Part shown: piece by piece, positions 1 through 10,730 of the stretch
Layout: every line of letters starts with the position of its first letter
Numbering within the stretch: position 1 is the first letter of the stretch
Source of the DNA: Negaprion brevirostris
Taxonomy: Eukaryota
Direction: 5' to 3'
Assembly (NCBI GenBank): GCA_030324005.1
Contig: JARDVH010000164.1
Span: 6,060,895 to 6,124,894, forward strand
DNA length: 64,000 bases
Translations under genes and position numbers: made by a program
Notes under the pieces: generated by a model
The model's database searches: none
What the model was told of the DNA's origin: nothing
The model's input: the letters and a program-made list of their open reading frames with translations, nothing else

Positions 1-22
1 TTTTGCCCAACTAGTCTATATA

Positions 23-332
23 CGGCACGGTGGCACAATGGTTAGCATTGCTCCCTCACAGCAACAAGAAACTAGGTTCAAATCCAGCCTTGGGTGACTG
101 TCTGTGTGGAGTCTGCACATTGTCCCCATGTTTACATGGGTTTCCTCCGCATGCTCCAGTTTCCTCCCACATTTCAAAGCTGTGTGGTTTAAGTTGACTG
201 GCCATGCTAAATTGCCCCCGAGTGTCAGGAGGATATGGTAGGCTAAATATGTAAGATGAGGGCCTGGGTGGGATTGTTATTGGTGCAGGCCTGATGGGCC
301 GAAAGGCCTCCTTCTGCATTGCAGGGATTCTG
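23..332 (+). mobile_element. HE1-type tRNA-derived V-SINE
   Basis: GGCACGGTGGCACAATGGTTAGCA A-box, GGTTCAAATCC B-box, GTGTGGAGT..GGGTTTCCTCC V-domain, and tail GGCCTCCTTCTGCATTGCAGGGATTC. Confidence 0.85.
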
Positions 333-774
333 TGCTGTATTCATGCCCCACATGAAACCTCCACTCACATTACTTCATCTCACCTTGCATTTTTCCGTGA
401 CGTAGCTTTTCCTTAACTGCATCCCTGCTATTTGTCTCATTTTACTATTCTCACCACTCTCTGAGCAAAGATGTTTCTCCTGAGTTCCTCCTTGGACTTA
501 TTTGCGACTGCCATATGAGAAAATGCAAAAAAAGCCCCAATTATCCTAATCTGAGGAGTGTACTGACACCACAATAAAAGCCCTCTCACCTAACAGTAAC
601 CCTAACCCTAACTGGAAGAAAAGGGGACATGTCCTCTCTCTGTCTAACCCCAAAAACATAACTGGGATAGAGAGAACTATCAGTAATTATGTTTCCAAAT
701 GGTGAACATTGCTGTGTTGAAGTCCTGACCCCAGGCAAAGACGTTGATTAATTCCAATTTGTTCTCTCCTCTAG

Positions 775-953
775 GTTACGTCCGTTTTCGGGAGCAATAC
801 CCTGAGCTCTTTGAAAACCTGACACCTGAGGCCGTACGCAGCACTATTGAGGCAGGTTACCCAGGCATTCTCCAAAACCGAGACAAGTATGGTCGCGTTG
901 TATTACTCTTTAACATTGAGAACTGGGATTACGAAGAAATTACTTTTGATGAG
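775..953 (+). CDS. RLBP1: RLBP1/CRALBP internal coding exon (179 bp; upstream exons lie outside the window)
   Basis: ctctcctctag|GTTAC acceptor and GAG|gtaaca donor. Translates (G)[59 protein letters not shown], matching recalled CRALBP GYVNFRLQYPELF...ITFDE. Confidence 0.97.
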
Positions 954-1167
954 GTAACAGAGCCTATCTTCAATAATATTCAGCATTTTCCAAAAACAAG
1001 ACTGTGTGTTTGTTCTTCTAATTATTTCTTCTCCTCAGTTGAATTGGCTAAGAAAATCCATGGACACCCATCCAGAGGGATAATCTACAACTTGCAAATC
1101 ATCAAAACCACCTGACTTCCCTTTCCTTTGACATCAATGGTTGCTGAAAATCAGACATTGTCTACAA

Positions 1168-1532
1168 TGGGAGGTGATGGCCCAGTGGTATTTTTGCTGG
1201 ACTATTAATCCAGAAACTCTGCTACTGTTCTGGGGACCCGGATTCGAATCCCACCACAGCAGATGGTGGAATTTGAATTTGGTTTTAAAAAATTTGGAAT
1301 TAAGTATTTACTGATGACCATGAAACTGTTGTTGATCGTCAGAAAAACCCATTTGGTTCACTAATTCTCTCTCAGGAAGGAAATCCGCTGTCCTTACCTG
1401 GTCTGGCCTACATGTGAATCCAGAGCTCCAGCAATGTGGTTGACTCTCAGCTGCTCTCCAAGGGCAACTAGAGGTGGCAATAAATGCTGGCCAGCCAGTG
1501 ATGCCCATGTTCCACGAATGAATAAAAAAAAA
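1168..1532 (+). mobile_element. Second tRNA-derived SINE family (full-length copy, A-tail)
   Basis: TGGCCCAGTGG A-box and GGATTCGAATCC B-box; ends ATGAATAAAAAAAAA. Homologous copies at 6527-7050 and 9645-9992. Confidence 0.85.
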
Positions 1533-1707
1533 CTTGCTGGCAGAATTAATAAGTCTAACTGGTCGATATGGCAAGCATAACAGGAGCACTTTGAAAGCAA
1601 GCACTTCTGTAGCATCTTTCATAACCCCAGGAAAGACAAAGTGCTATACAGCCAATGGACTGGTGTTTGGAATATTGTCAGACACAAGGACCCACAGGCA
1701 TTTGGCA

Positions 1708-1816
1708 TGGCATGGTGGCACAGTGGTTAGCACTGCTGCCTCACAGCGCCAGAGACCTGGGTTCAATTCCCAGCTTGGCTGACTGTCTGTGTGGAGTTTG
1801 CACACTCTCCCCATGC
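1708..1816 (+). mobile_element. HE1-type SINE 5' part running into an assembly gap
   Basis: GGTGGCACAGTGGTTAGCACTGCTGCCTCACAGCGCCAG head, followed by N's. Confidence 0.85.
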
Positions 1817-2894
1817 NNNNNNNNNNNNNNNNNNNNNNNNNNNNNNNNNNNNNNNNNNNNNNNNNNNNNNNNNNNNNNNNNNNNNNNNNNNNNNNNNNNN
1901 NNNNNNNNNNNNNNNNNNNNNNNNNNNNNNNNNNNNNNNNNNNNNNNNNNNNNNNNNNNNNNNNNNNNNNNNNNNNNNNNNNNNNNNNNNNNNNNNNNNN
2001 NNNNNNNNNNNNNNNNNNNNNNNNNNNNNNNNNNNNNNNNNNNNNNNNNNNNNNNNNNNNNNNNNNNNNNNNNNNNNNNNNNNNNNNNNNNNNNNNNNNN
2101 NNNNNNNNNNNNNNNNNNNNNNNNNNNNNNNNNNNNNNNNNNNNNNNNNNNNNNNNNNNNNNNNNNNNNNNNNNNNNNNNNNNNNNNNNNNNNNNNNNNN
2201 NNNNNNNNNNNNNNNNNNNNNNNNNNNNNNNNNNNNNNNNNNNNNNNNNNNNNNNNNNNNNNNNNNNNNNNNNNNNNNNNNNNNNNNNNNNNNNNNNNNN
2301 NNNNNNNNNNNNNNNNNNNNNNNNNNNNNNNNNNNNNNNNNNNNNNNNNNNNNNNNNNNNNNNNNNNNNNNNNNNNNNNNNNNNNNNNNNNNNNNNNNNN
2401 NNNNNNNNNNNNNNNNNNNNNNNNNNNNNNNNNNNNNNNNNNNNNNNNNNNNNNNNNNNNNNNNNNNNNNNNNNNNNNNNNNNNNNNNNNNNNNNNNNNN
2501 NNNNNNNNNNNNNNNNNNNNNNNNNNNNNNNNNNNNNNNNNNNNNNNNNNNNNNNNNNNNNNNNNNNNNNNNNNNNNNNNNNNNNNNNNNNNNNNNNNNN
2601 NNNNNNNNNNNNNNNNNNNNNNNNNNNNNNNNNNNNNNNNNNNNNNNNNNNNNNNNNNNNNNNNNNNNNNNNNNNNNNNNNNNNNCTGCTGAGTTGCTGG
2701 TCCTGTTTAACAGAAAGGGCAGCCTTGGTAGCAGCCAGTTAATTGGTCACCCCCAAGTAAATGCCGCGACGTTGGTGCCACTGCCTGTGGAAACGGGTTT
2801 GCCCCCTCCCCACTTATGGCTGTGGTGGTGAGGTCACCAGGTAAAGTGGAGACGTGACTCAGGTGATGATTGTAACAGCTCTCTTCATTGGTAG

Positions 2895-3053
2895 ATCCTT
2901 CGTGCTTATTGTGTGATTCTGGAGAAACTTCTAGAGAATGATGAGACGCAGATTAATGGATTTTGCATCATTGAAAACTTTAAGGGATTTACAATGAATC
3001 AAGCTTCCGGCATCAAACCCTCAGAGCTCAAGAAAATGGTGGACATGCTTCAG
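2895..3053 (+). CDS. RLBP1: RLBP1 coding exon (159 bp), CRAL-TRIO domain
   Basis: ttggtag|ATC acceptor, CAG|gtgagt donor. Translates [53 protein letters not shown], in phase with the neighbouring exons. Confidence 0.97.
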
Positions 3054-3508
3054 GTGAGTGTAGCTGGCCGTTAACCAGCGGGAATGATCTTGAGACATGT
3101 GTGTGCCAAAGCAGAACAGGTGCGAGGGGCTAAATGGCCCATTACCTGTTTCTGTCTTCCTTTGACCATAAAACACTGGAGCAGAATTAGGCCATTTGAC
3201 CCACCCAGTCCACTCCGCCACTTAAATCTATTTGCACCTACACTTCCTGTTATTCTCCCTCTCTATCCTCATTGTTCTGTGGGCCAACTTAATTTCTCCC
3301 CATTTCACTGGCTCTGCATTGTTTCCCACGGGCTGTGCGATTTCTACCAGTGCTGCTCCTAATTTGCCACTAGGAAGAACTTGCACTCAAGGCTGATGAT
3401 TCTCCTTCCCTCCTCCTCTTCCTCGGGGAGTCCCAGACTTCCAATCATCATTTCCCCAGAGCAGCTGAGCTGAAATTGTAGACTGGGTGGGGAGACAACC
3501 AAAACGTT

Positions 3509-3850
3509 TGTGGCACAGTGGTTAGCACTGCCTCACAGTGCCAGGGACCCCTGTTCGATTCCAGCCTTGGGATGTCTGTGTGGAGTTTGCACATTCTCCC
3601 CGTGTCTGGGAGGGTTTTGTCTGGGTGCTCCGGTTTCCTCTCACAGTCCCAAGACGTGCAGGTTAGCTGGATTGACCATGCTAAATTGGCCCTTGTGTCC
3701 CAAAATGTGTAGGTTAGCAGGATAAATGCATGGGGTTAAGGTAATGGAGCGGGGGATGTGGGGGGTGGGCCTGGTTATGATGTTCTGCCAGAGAATCAGT
3801 GCAAACCCGATGGGCCGAATGTCCTCCCTCTGCATTGTAGGAATTCTATA
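3509..3850 (+). mobile_element. HE1-type SINE
   Basis: Same head, V-domain and GGAATTCTAT tail as the copy at 23-332. Confidence 0.85.
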
Positions 3851-3988
3851 ATCAGTTGAGCTGGACTCAAGAACCCAAATCAGCAGGGATCAAAAGATTT
3901 CAAAGGGTCTAAACACTGGGCACTAAACACTTAGTGTTGTTCTGCACTTATCTAGCAAACATATCCGAAGACATCAACACAAATATAG

Positions 3989-4168
<180 letters not shown>

Positions 4169-4436
4169 TGACTGTACCTTTAAGCATCTTTCTAATCTGT
4201 TGCCTTCAAGTCCTATTAAGAATTGCTCCATAATGTTCTGTTCAAAAACTCCAAATAAGTTCTGAAATTCTTTCCAGTCTCAGGAGATCAAAGCTATGTT
4301 TGGAGAATAAATTACTCAGGAATGGTGTTGAAGTAGGCAATATAAATTGGCTCAAAAGTTCCAGGGAGAAAAAAGGGACTGATAGAGATGATGGGAACCA
4401 AGCTGGACAACTCTTGGCAAATATATCAAATTCATA

Positions 4437-4655
4437 ATAAAAGCAACAAACTGTGGAAGCTGGAAATCTGAAATAAAAACAGAAAATGCTGGATAGATTC
4501 AGCAGGTCTGGCAGCATCTGTGCAAGGATAAAATGGATTNNNNNNNNNNCCTACACCTATATGAGTCATATTGAACTCGAAACATTAACTCTGTTTCTCT
4601 CTCCACAGATGCTGCCAGACCTGCTGAGTTTATCTAACATTTTCTCTTTTTATCA
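4437..4655. mobile_element. Inverted-repeat relic of Penelope-type element ends
   Basis: Arms 4473-4522 and 4604-4653 are reverse complements (CAGCAGGTCTGGCAGCATCTGTG / CACAGATGCTGCCAGACCTGCTG). Internal GAGTC..AACTC-GAAAC resembles half a hammerhead core. Confidence 0.6.
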
Positions 4656-5877
4656 AATCCATACCCATGTTTCAGAAAGCAACTATAACTTTCAAATAAA
4701 AGTTTTCCGATAAACATTAAAAAACACAAAATAAGATCAATAAATTTAATCACGCTAATTGGAAATGTTTTTTTTAAATTCTATTCAAGCATGTATAGTG
4801 GGTATTAGCAATTTAAATTACAGAGTGGGGAATTGGCAGATGCAAAAACTATTCAGAATGCATTTGTACAATTTATGGGTTTTATAATCAGAGTAATCTA
4901 ATCTGTAAAATAACAGCAATTGAGATTACGGCAAATTTAACACTTTCACTATTGCCACTTAAGAGGTATTGCAGATTGTGTCATCAATTGAACATGTGCC
5001 CTACGTACCTTATATACAATTGCTTATCATTTCAATTATCAATTAAATTATTCATTTGATTGNNNNNNNNNNNNNNNNNNNNNNNNNNNNNNNNNNNNNN
5101 NNNNNNNNNNNNNNNNNNNNNNNNNNNNNNNNNNNNNNNNNNNNNNNNNNNNNNNNNNNNNNNNNNNNNNNNNNNNNNNNNNNNNNNNNNNNNNNNNNNN
5201 NNNNNNNNNNNNNNNNNNNNNNNNNNNNNNNNNNNNNNNNNNNNNNNNNNNNNNNNNNNNNNNNNNNNNNNNNNNNNNNNNNNNNNNNNNNNNNNNNNNN
5301 NNNNNNNNNNNNNNNNNNNNNNNNNNNNNNNNNNNNNNNNNNNNNNNNNNNNNNNNNNNNNNNNNNNNNNNNNNNNNNNNNNNNNNNNNNNNNNNNNNNN
5401 NNNNNNNNNNNNNNNNNNNNNNNNNNNNNNNNNNNNNNNNNNNNNNNNNNNNNNNNNNNNNNNNNNNNNNNNNNNNNNNNNNNNNNNNNNNNNNNNNNNN
5501 NNNNNNNNNNNNNNNNNNNNNNNNNNNNNNNNNNNNNNNNNNNNNNNNNNNNNNNNNNNNNNNNNNNNNNNNNNNNNNNNNNNNNNNNNNNNNNNNNNNN
5601 NNNNNNNNNNNNNNNNNNNNNNNNNNNNNNNNNNNNNNNNNNNNNNNNNNNNNNNNNNNNNNNACATTTATCCGCGTTGAAGTCCATAAGATTAAGGGGA
5701 TTAGTGGAGTAAATACCTGAGGTTATGGGGCTATTGTTGATTGGGCTGAATGGCCACTTTGCTGCACAGTAGGGATTCTATGGTAATTTACCCTTTAGCG
5801 GTGATTTTATTTGCTGCAATCTTTTGCCCAATTGGATTACTCAGGACATGGAATAAACACAAACTGTTCCTTCACAG

Positions 5878-6036
5878 GTTTATATATATGGCGAGGAGCT
5901 GGAAAACTTTTTCAAGGAGATTGATGCTGACATTCTCCCTGAAGATTTCGGGGGTAATCAGCCCCGGTACAACGGCAAAATTATTGCTGAGAAAATCCTT
6001 GGTCCGAGCGTTGAGTCAGAAGATACTGCCCTTTAG
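5878..6036 (+). CDS. RLBP1: RLBP1 terminal coding exon to TAG stop
   Basis: ttcacag|GTT acceptor. Translates VYIYGEELENFFKEIDADILPEDFGGNQPRYNGKIIAEKILGPSVESEDTAL*, 52 aa, the same length as the recalled human C-terminal exon (...AENTAF*). Confidence 0.96.
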   Translation, partial: VYIYGEELENFFKEIDADILPEDFGGNQPRYNGKIIAEKILGPSVESEDTAL

Positions 6037-6248
6037 TTACTCAAAAGCGGTGTCGAAGAAAGCCTCAGATAGTGAGGGTACAGGGCCAGTTATTACACTC
6101 AAGGTTTTTTTTAAAAAAAAGAATTGTCTACTTATTGCACAAGCTGAATTTTTCAGAATTCACTCCGTTTCCTGTACGTAACTGGTGTTTCCATGGCAGG
6201 CCCAAGTTGCAATTAATCTATTGCCTGTTGTTGAAATGTGAAATTAGC

Positions 6249-6303
6249 AATAAAGAGATTTTTTATGAGAAGCAAAATGCACCTCCAGCAGTATTTTAAT
6301 AAA
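6249..6303 (+). terminator. Candidate RLBP1 polyadenylation signals (AATAAA at 6249-6254 and 6298-6303)
   Basis: Two canonical hexamers 210-270 nt after the stop codon and just before repeat-derived sequence begins. Confidence 0.6.
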
Positions 6304-6526
6304 TGCAGATAGGTTTGCATTTACATATACATCGCCTGACCACATCTCTCAGAACCACTTCCCTCAGTATGCCCGAATAGGTGCCAGAGCGACTAGGAGA
6401 TTTTCACTGTAACTTCATTGCAGTGTTAATGTAAACCTACTTATGACAATAAACTTAAGCAATTGGTGAAATGGATATTAGGCGAAGTCAAACTGAGAGG
6501 AAATACTGGGTGATGGTCTAGTGCAG

Positions 6527-7050
6527 GGGAGGTGATGACCTAGTGGTATTATCGCTGGTCTATTGAATCCAGAAACTCCTGGGGACCTGGGTTCAAATCC
6601 TGCCAGGCCAGATGGTGGAATTTGAATTCAATTTAGAAAAATGATCTGGAATTAAGAATTTACTGATGACCGTTGTTGATTGTGGGAAAAACCACCTGAT
6701 TCACTAATGACCTTAGGGGAGGAAGCCTGCCATCTTTATCTGGTCTGGCCTACGTGTTACTCCACAGCAATGTGGTTGACTCTCAACTGCCCCCTGAAAT
6801 GGCCTAGCAAGCCACTCCGTTCAGGNNNNNNNNNNGAAAAATCTGGGTGTACATGTCCATCGATCATTGAAAGTGGCAGCACAAGTGGATAAGGTAGTCA
6901 AAGTAGGCTCCAAAAGACCATATAGTTTTAGTTTAGGCAGGTATCATGATCAGCGCAGGCTAGGACGGCCAAAGAGCCTGTTCTTTGTTCTTTATCCTAA
7001 ATGCTGGCCTGCCAGCAATGCCCATGTCCCATGAATGAATATATTTTAAA
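6527..7050 (+). mobile_element. Second SINE family copy, interrupted by a gap and a CR1-like 3' fragment
   Basis: Homologous to 1168-1532; the CR1-like piece lies at about 6796-6995. Confidence 0.75.
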
Positions 7051-7074
7051 AAAATCTAATTCAGAGTTAGATGT

Positions 7075-8055
7075 CTGCAGATGAACAGGATGTGAAAGAG
7101 CTGCAAGTCTAAATAGTCACATGGCAATGTGATGCTGTGATGATAGCAGAGAGTTGGCTCAAAAAAAATGGTCAGGACCAGATATTAAATATCCCTGGAT
7201 ACAAGCTGTTCAGGAAGGATAGAGAATGAAAGAGAGGAGGACGGATGGTGAAATATTACAATGTACTGAAGAGAGAGGATATCCTGGAGAGGTCAAGGAC
7301 AGAATCTATTTGGTTTAAGTTAGGAAACAGTAGTGGAACTGTTGTCCTACTGGCTTGTTCGATTGACTACCAACAAATGGGAAAGGTAGAAGAGCAAACT
7401 TGCTGGAAATTAAAGAGCTATAACAGATTATAGATTAGTGATAAAGGAAGGTTTTCATAATCTTAACATAAACTGAGATAGTAACAGTGCAAAGGGCAGG
7501 GTTGGAGATGAGTTTCTGAAATGTGTTCAGGAGAATGCTCTTGTATGTTTTTGCCCCAAGGAAGAAAGAGGTTGTTTGGTCCGGATGCGGGCAATGAGGA
7601 TCAAGTGTCAGTAGGGGAGCATTTGGGGAACAGTGATCAATGGGCGGGATTTTACAGTTTCCAAGCGAGACCGGAAATTCCCACCTGAGAGGTCAATGGA
7701 GATTTCCGTTGTCAGACCCTCGCCCACTCTGATTCCGTGGCGGGCGACGTGGTAAAGTTTCAGCCATGATGTCATGAGGATTCAATTAGCTATGGGAAAA
7801 AGACAAGGAGGAATCTAGAGTAGAAATGTTTAGTTGAAGGGCAGCCATTCAAGTAGATTGTGAGCAGACTTGTCCTGGGTAAACTGGATGAACAATTAGT
7901 AGGCAAAACTATAACAGAACAATGGGCTGCTTTTGTCAAGGCGATGGTTTGGGTACAGTTGGGGTCCCTGTTGTCACAAGAGAGGAAGATAGGACAACCA
8001 AAACCAACGTTCCTTTGATGATGAAAGAAAGACGCTCGGACTGGAAGAATTAGAT
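7075..8055 (+). mobile_element. Degenerate CR1-type LINE ORF2 (APE endonuclease region)
   Basis: Broken frames give ...MIAESWLK...LNIPGYKLFRKDRE..RGG, TESIWFKL and EHLGNSD, motifs typical of CR1 endonuclease. Stops and frameshifts are present. Confidence 0.75.
7643..7765. mobile_element. Short TIR element (MITE, Harbinger-like) nested in the CR1 relic
   Basis: Ends GGCGGGATTTTAC ... GTAAAGTTTCAGCC, flanked by ATG on both sides. Confidence 0.6.
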
Positions 8056-8084
8056 GTTAAGAAGTGTCAGGCTAACCTCCCACA

Positions 8085-8760
8085 TTCTATATTCAGTAAA
8101 CTTGAGACCATCCAGAACTGTGACTGTGTCTGAACTCACACCATTCATCCATACCTCCCAGCGCTTTCTGACCTATATTGGTTTCCTGTTAAGCGGCACC
8201 TCAACTTTAAAATGTTCATCCTCATTTTCAAGTTCCCCTAATCTATAGTTCCTGTTTCTCTATCTCTGCAATCTCCTCCAGCTCCACAATGCAACAGAAT
8301 CTCTGCACTCTTCCAATTCCAGTCTCATAAGTGTCCCCTATTATAGTTATTCTGCCTCTAGTGGTTGTGCCTCCAGTTGTCACAACAATAAAGCTTCAGA
8401 ATTCCCTCCCTCTCTTTCTTCTAAGACACTCCTTAAAACCTACCTCTTTGACCAAGCCTTTGGTTAACGGTTTTAATATCTCTTTATGTGATAAATTCTG
8501 CTTTAAGGTGCTTCTGTGAAGCACCTCGAAACATTATATTATGTTAAAGGTGCTATATAAATGTACCTGTTAGTGTCTTAAAGGAGCAGAGCGAGGTAAA
8601 GAGACAAAAATGTTTAGGGAGGGACTTGCAAAACTCAAAGCCAGGACAAGACCCACAGTGATGGGGCAAACGAAATCAGGGTGCACAGGACGCTTTAACT
8701 AGAGGAACACAGATTTCTTGCAAAGATGTCTGGCTGGAAGAGGTTAGGGACAATAACAGC
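8085..8760. mobile_element. L2-type LINE 3' fragments (+ to ~8570, then a - fragment)
   Basis: CTCCTTAAAACCTACCTCTTTGACCAAGC...TGTTAAAGGTGCTATATAAATG tail; related copies at 43060-43700, 45140-45415 and 56060-56570. Confidence 0.65.
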
Positions 8761-9644
8761 TGATATATAAATCTTTTCGCCTTCATTTTCATGTTTTAAG
8801 TATGCAAATTTTTCAATAGGATGGGAAAAATGGCCATCAAAAGTAATCATTTTATATTTTGGTATGAAATATACTCAAGCTTCTATTTTCACTTATTTAG
8901 ACTAGCGTGAAATCTTTCCAACAGATTGTTCAGTAGTTGAGCCAACATCAGACAGCTCAGTGTTGGACTAATATTTGAGACATGCTGCTATGGAACAGAT
9001 CGATAGGTGCTAAATAGGGCAAACTCAGTATTTCCAGACACTAGCAGCTAAAATTGACATTGGTTTTGAGATCACCTAGCTGTGAGCTGCCCTGGCTGGT
9101 ACATCCGCGTGGCACTGAATCACGTGGACTGGAAAGATCCCAATTTGTGCTGAATTAGGTGTTCTTAGCTGGGATAATGGCAGCTTAGGGAGTGTGGAGG
9201 TTGGTACTGTAATTATTCTCAGAGTCCCGCCAGGAAGAGAAAAGATAAGCCAGGTATTGATATCTACTCAGTGATCGCTCCCCTACTGGTAATTCTACCC
9301 AGCAGGTCAGCAACTGAGGAACGGATTGAAATTGGACGACTTCTCGACAGTTAGTCTCGCATGCGATGGCTTAGATGAGATACGAGGCAGAGTTTTTGGT
9401 GGATTTGTGACCCAGCATGAGTCCAGTGGTGAAGAAGAATGGAGAAGATTGACAGAGAAACATAGAGGAAAGCAGTAACTGGGTCAGGTCCAATGCTGCT
9501 CCAAACACACTCAACCACAAAGATAATGTTCAACGTATTTGTTAGACTTGCTTGCTATTGAGAAAATAAACAGAATTTGACATGAAACAAATGCTAACTG
9601 AGTTTGATGCTGTGTTTTTAAAACACAGACTGTGGAGATGCGCT

Positions 9645-9992
9645 GGCATAGTGGTATTATGGCTGGACAATTAATCCAGAAACTCAACTAATGTTCTGGG
9701 GACCCGGGTCGAATCCTGCCACAGCAAATGGTGGAATTTGAATTTAATTTTTTAAAAATCTGGAATAAAGAATCTACCGATGACCATGAATCCATTGTCA
9801 ATTGTTGGAAAAACGCATTTGGTTCACTATGTCCTTTAGGGAAGGAAATCTGCCGTCCTTACCTGGTCTGACCTACATGTGACTCCAGAACCACAGCAAT
9901 GTGATTGACTCTCAACTGCCCTCTGAGCAAGAGCAACTAGGGAGGGGCAATAAATGCTGGCCAACCATGTCCCACGATTGAATGAAAAAAAT
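9645..9992 (+). mobile_element. Second SINE family copy
   Basis: Homologous to 1168-1532 over its full length; A-tail at about 9985-9992. Confidence 0.85.
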
Positions 9993-10349
9993 AGTCGACC
10001 AATTCTGTCTCTGTAGACAATGAACAGAAACAGCTTTTTGTCTAAAATACTTACAATTTTCCCTCTTCGATGTGTTAACTCTGCCAGGAAAATTAAGTTG
10101 TCACTGGCCACTTTCTGGTATCTCATGATGTGGCCTTCCATTCCCCCAAGCCTACAGACTTTGTGTCAGGGTCTGGGCATCCTGTCCTTACTTAAATGGC
10201 AGAAGATGAAGCTGGGCCAGACACAGAGATTTGATGGGCAGTGAGAGACTAGCGAGAGAAAGAGAAATGTAACTGGAGCCAGCAAGACAGAGATAGAAGC
10301 TTTCTGAATTCATTCAATATGCTACATGGCACAAAACGTGAAACACTAT

Positions 10350-10485
10350 GGCCGGAACTTTCCAGCTGTTCACGCCAGCAGGGTTTTCCCATCCCGCTGC
10401 AGTGAACAGAAACTTGTTTTATCGCTAATGTTTCCATCTTCACTGCAGCGGGAGCGTGGCGTGAACAGGCGATAAGATCATGCCC
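10350..10485. mobile_element. Palindromic MITE with 3-bp TSD (TAT)
   Basis: CTGTTCACGCCA/TGGCGTGAACAG and CCCGCTGCAGTGAA/TTCACTGCAGCGGG nested inverted repeats; TAT at 10347-10349 and 10486-10488. Confidence 0.7.
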
Positions 10486-10524
10486 TATGTCGGTGCTTAT
10501 CCTCCATGTGAGTAAAGTTCTAAT

Positions 10525-10730
10525 TCATAGAATCATAGAACCCCCGAGAGTGCCGAAGAGGCCATTCAGTCCATCGAGACTGCACTGACTCTTGACAGAG
10601 CGTTTCGCCCAGACTCTCTCTGCCGCCCTATCCCTGTTACTCCACACATCTTCCACGGCTAATCCATCCAACCTACACATCATGGGACTCTAAGGGGCAA
10701 TTTCACATGGCCAATTCACCCAACCTGCGC
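10525..10730 (-). mobile_element. HE1-type SINE 3' half
   Basis: Begins CATAGAATCATAGAA (reverse tail) and runs to ...CATGGCCAATTCACCCAACCTGC. Confidence 0.8.

Noticed and set aside
23-100. tRNA genes at SINE heads
   Set aside because: The A/B boxes belong to tRNA-derived SINEs and continue into SINE bodies; no complete cloverleaf is supported.
590-612. Telomere-like TAACCC repeats
   Set aside because: Only two to three units, too short to call an interstitial telomere.
744-1115. 123-aa ORF as a standalone gene
   Set aside because: It is the RLBP1 exon 775-953 read through into intron on both sides.
1655-2831. Long ORFs of 300+ aa (similar ones at 5032-5712, 11295-11797, 20333-20693 and 29630-29912)
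   Set aside because: They are open only because they span N gaps; the flanks are SINE or low-complexity sequence.
5750-6181. 143-aa ORF over the last RLBP1 exon
   Set aside because: It is an alternative frame starting in a SINE tail; the CRALBP frame starts at 5878.
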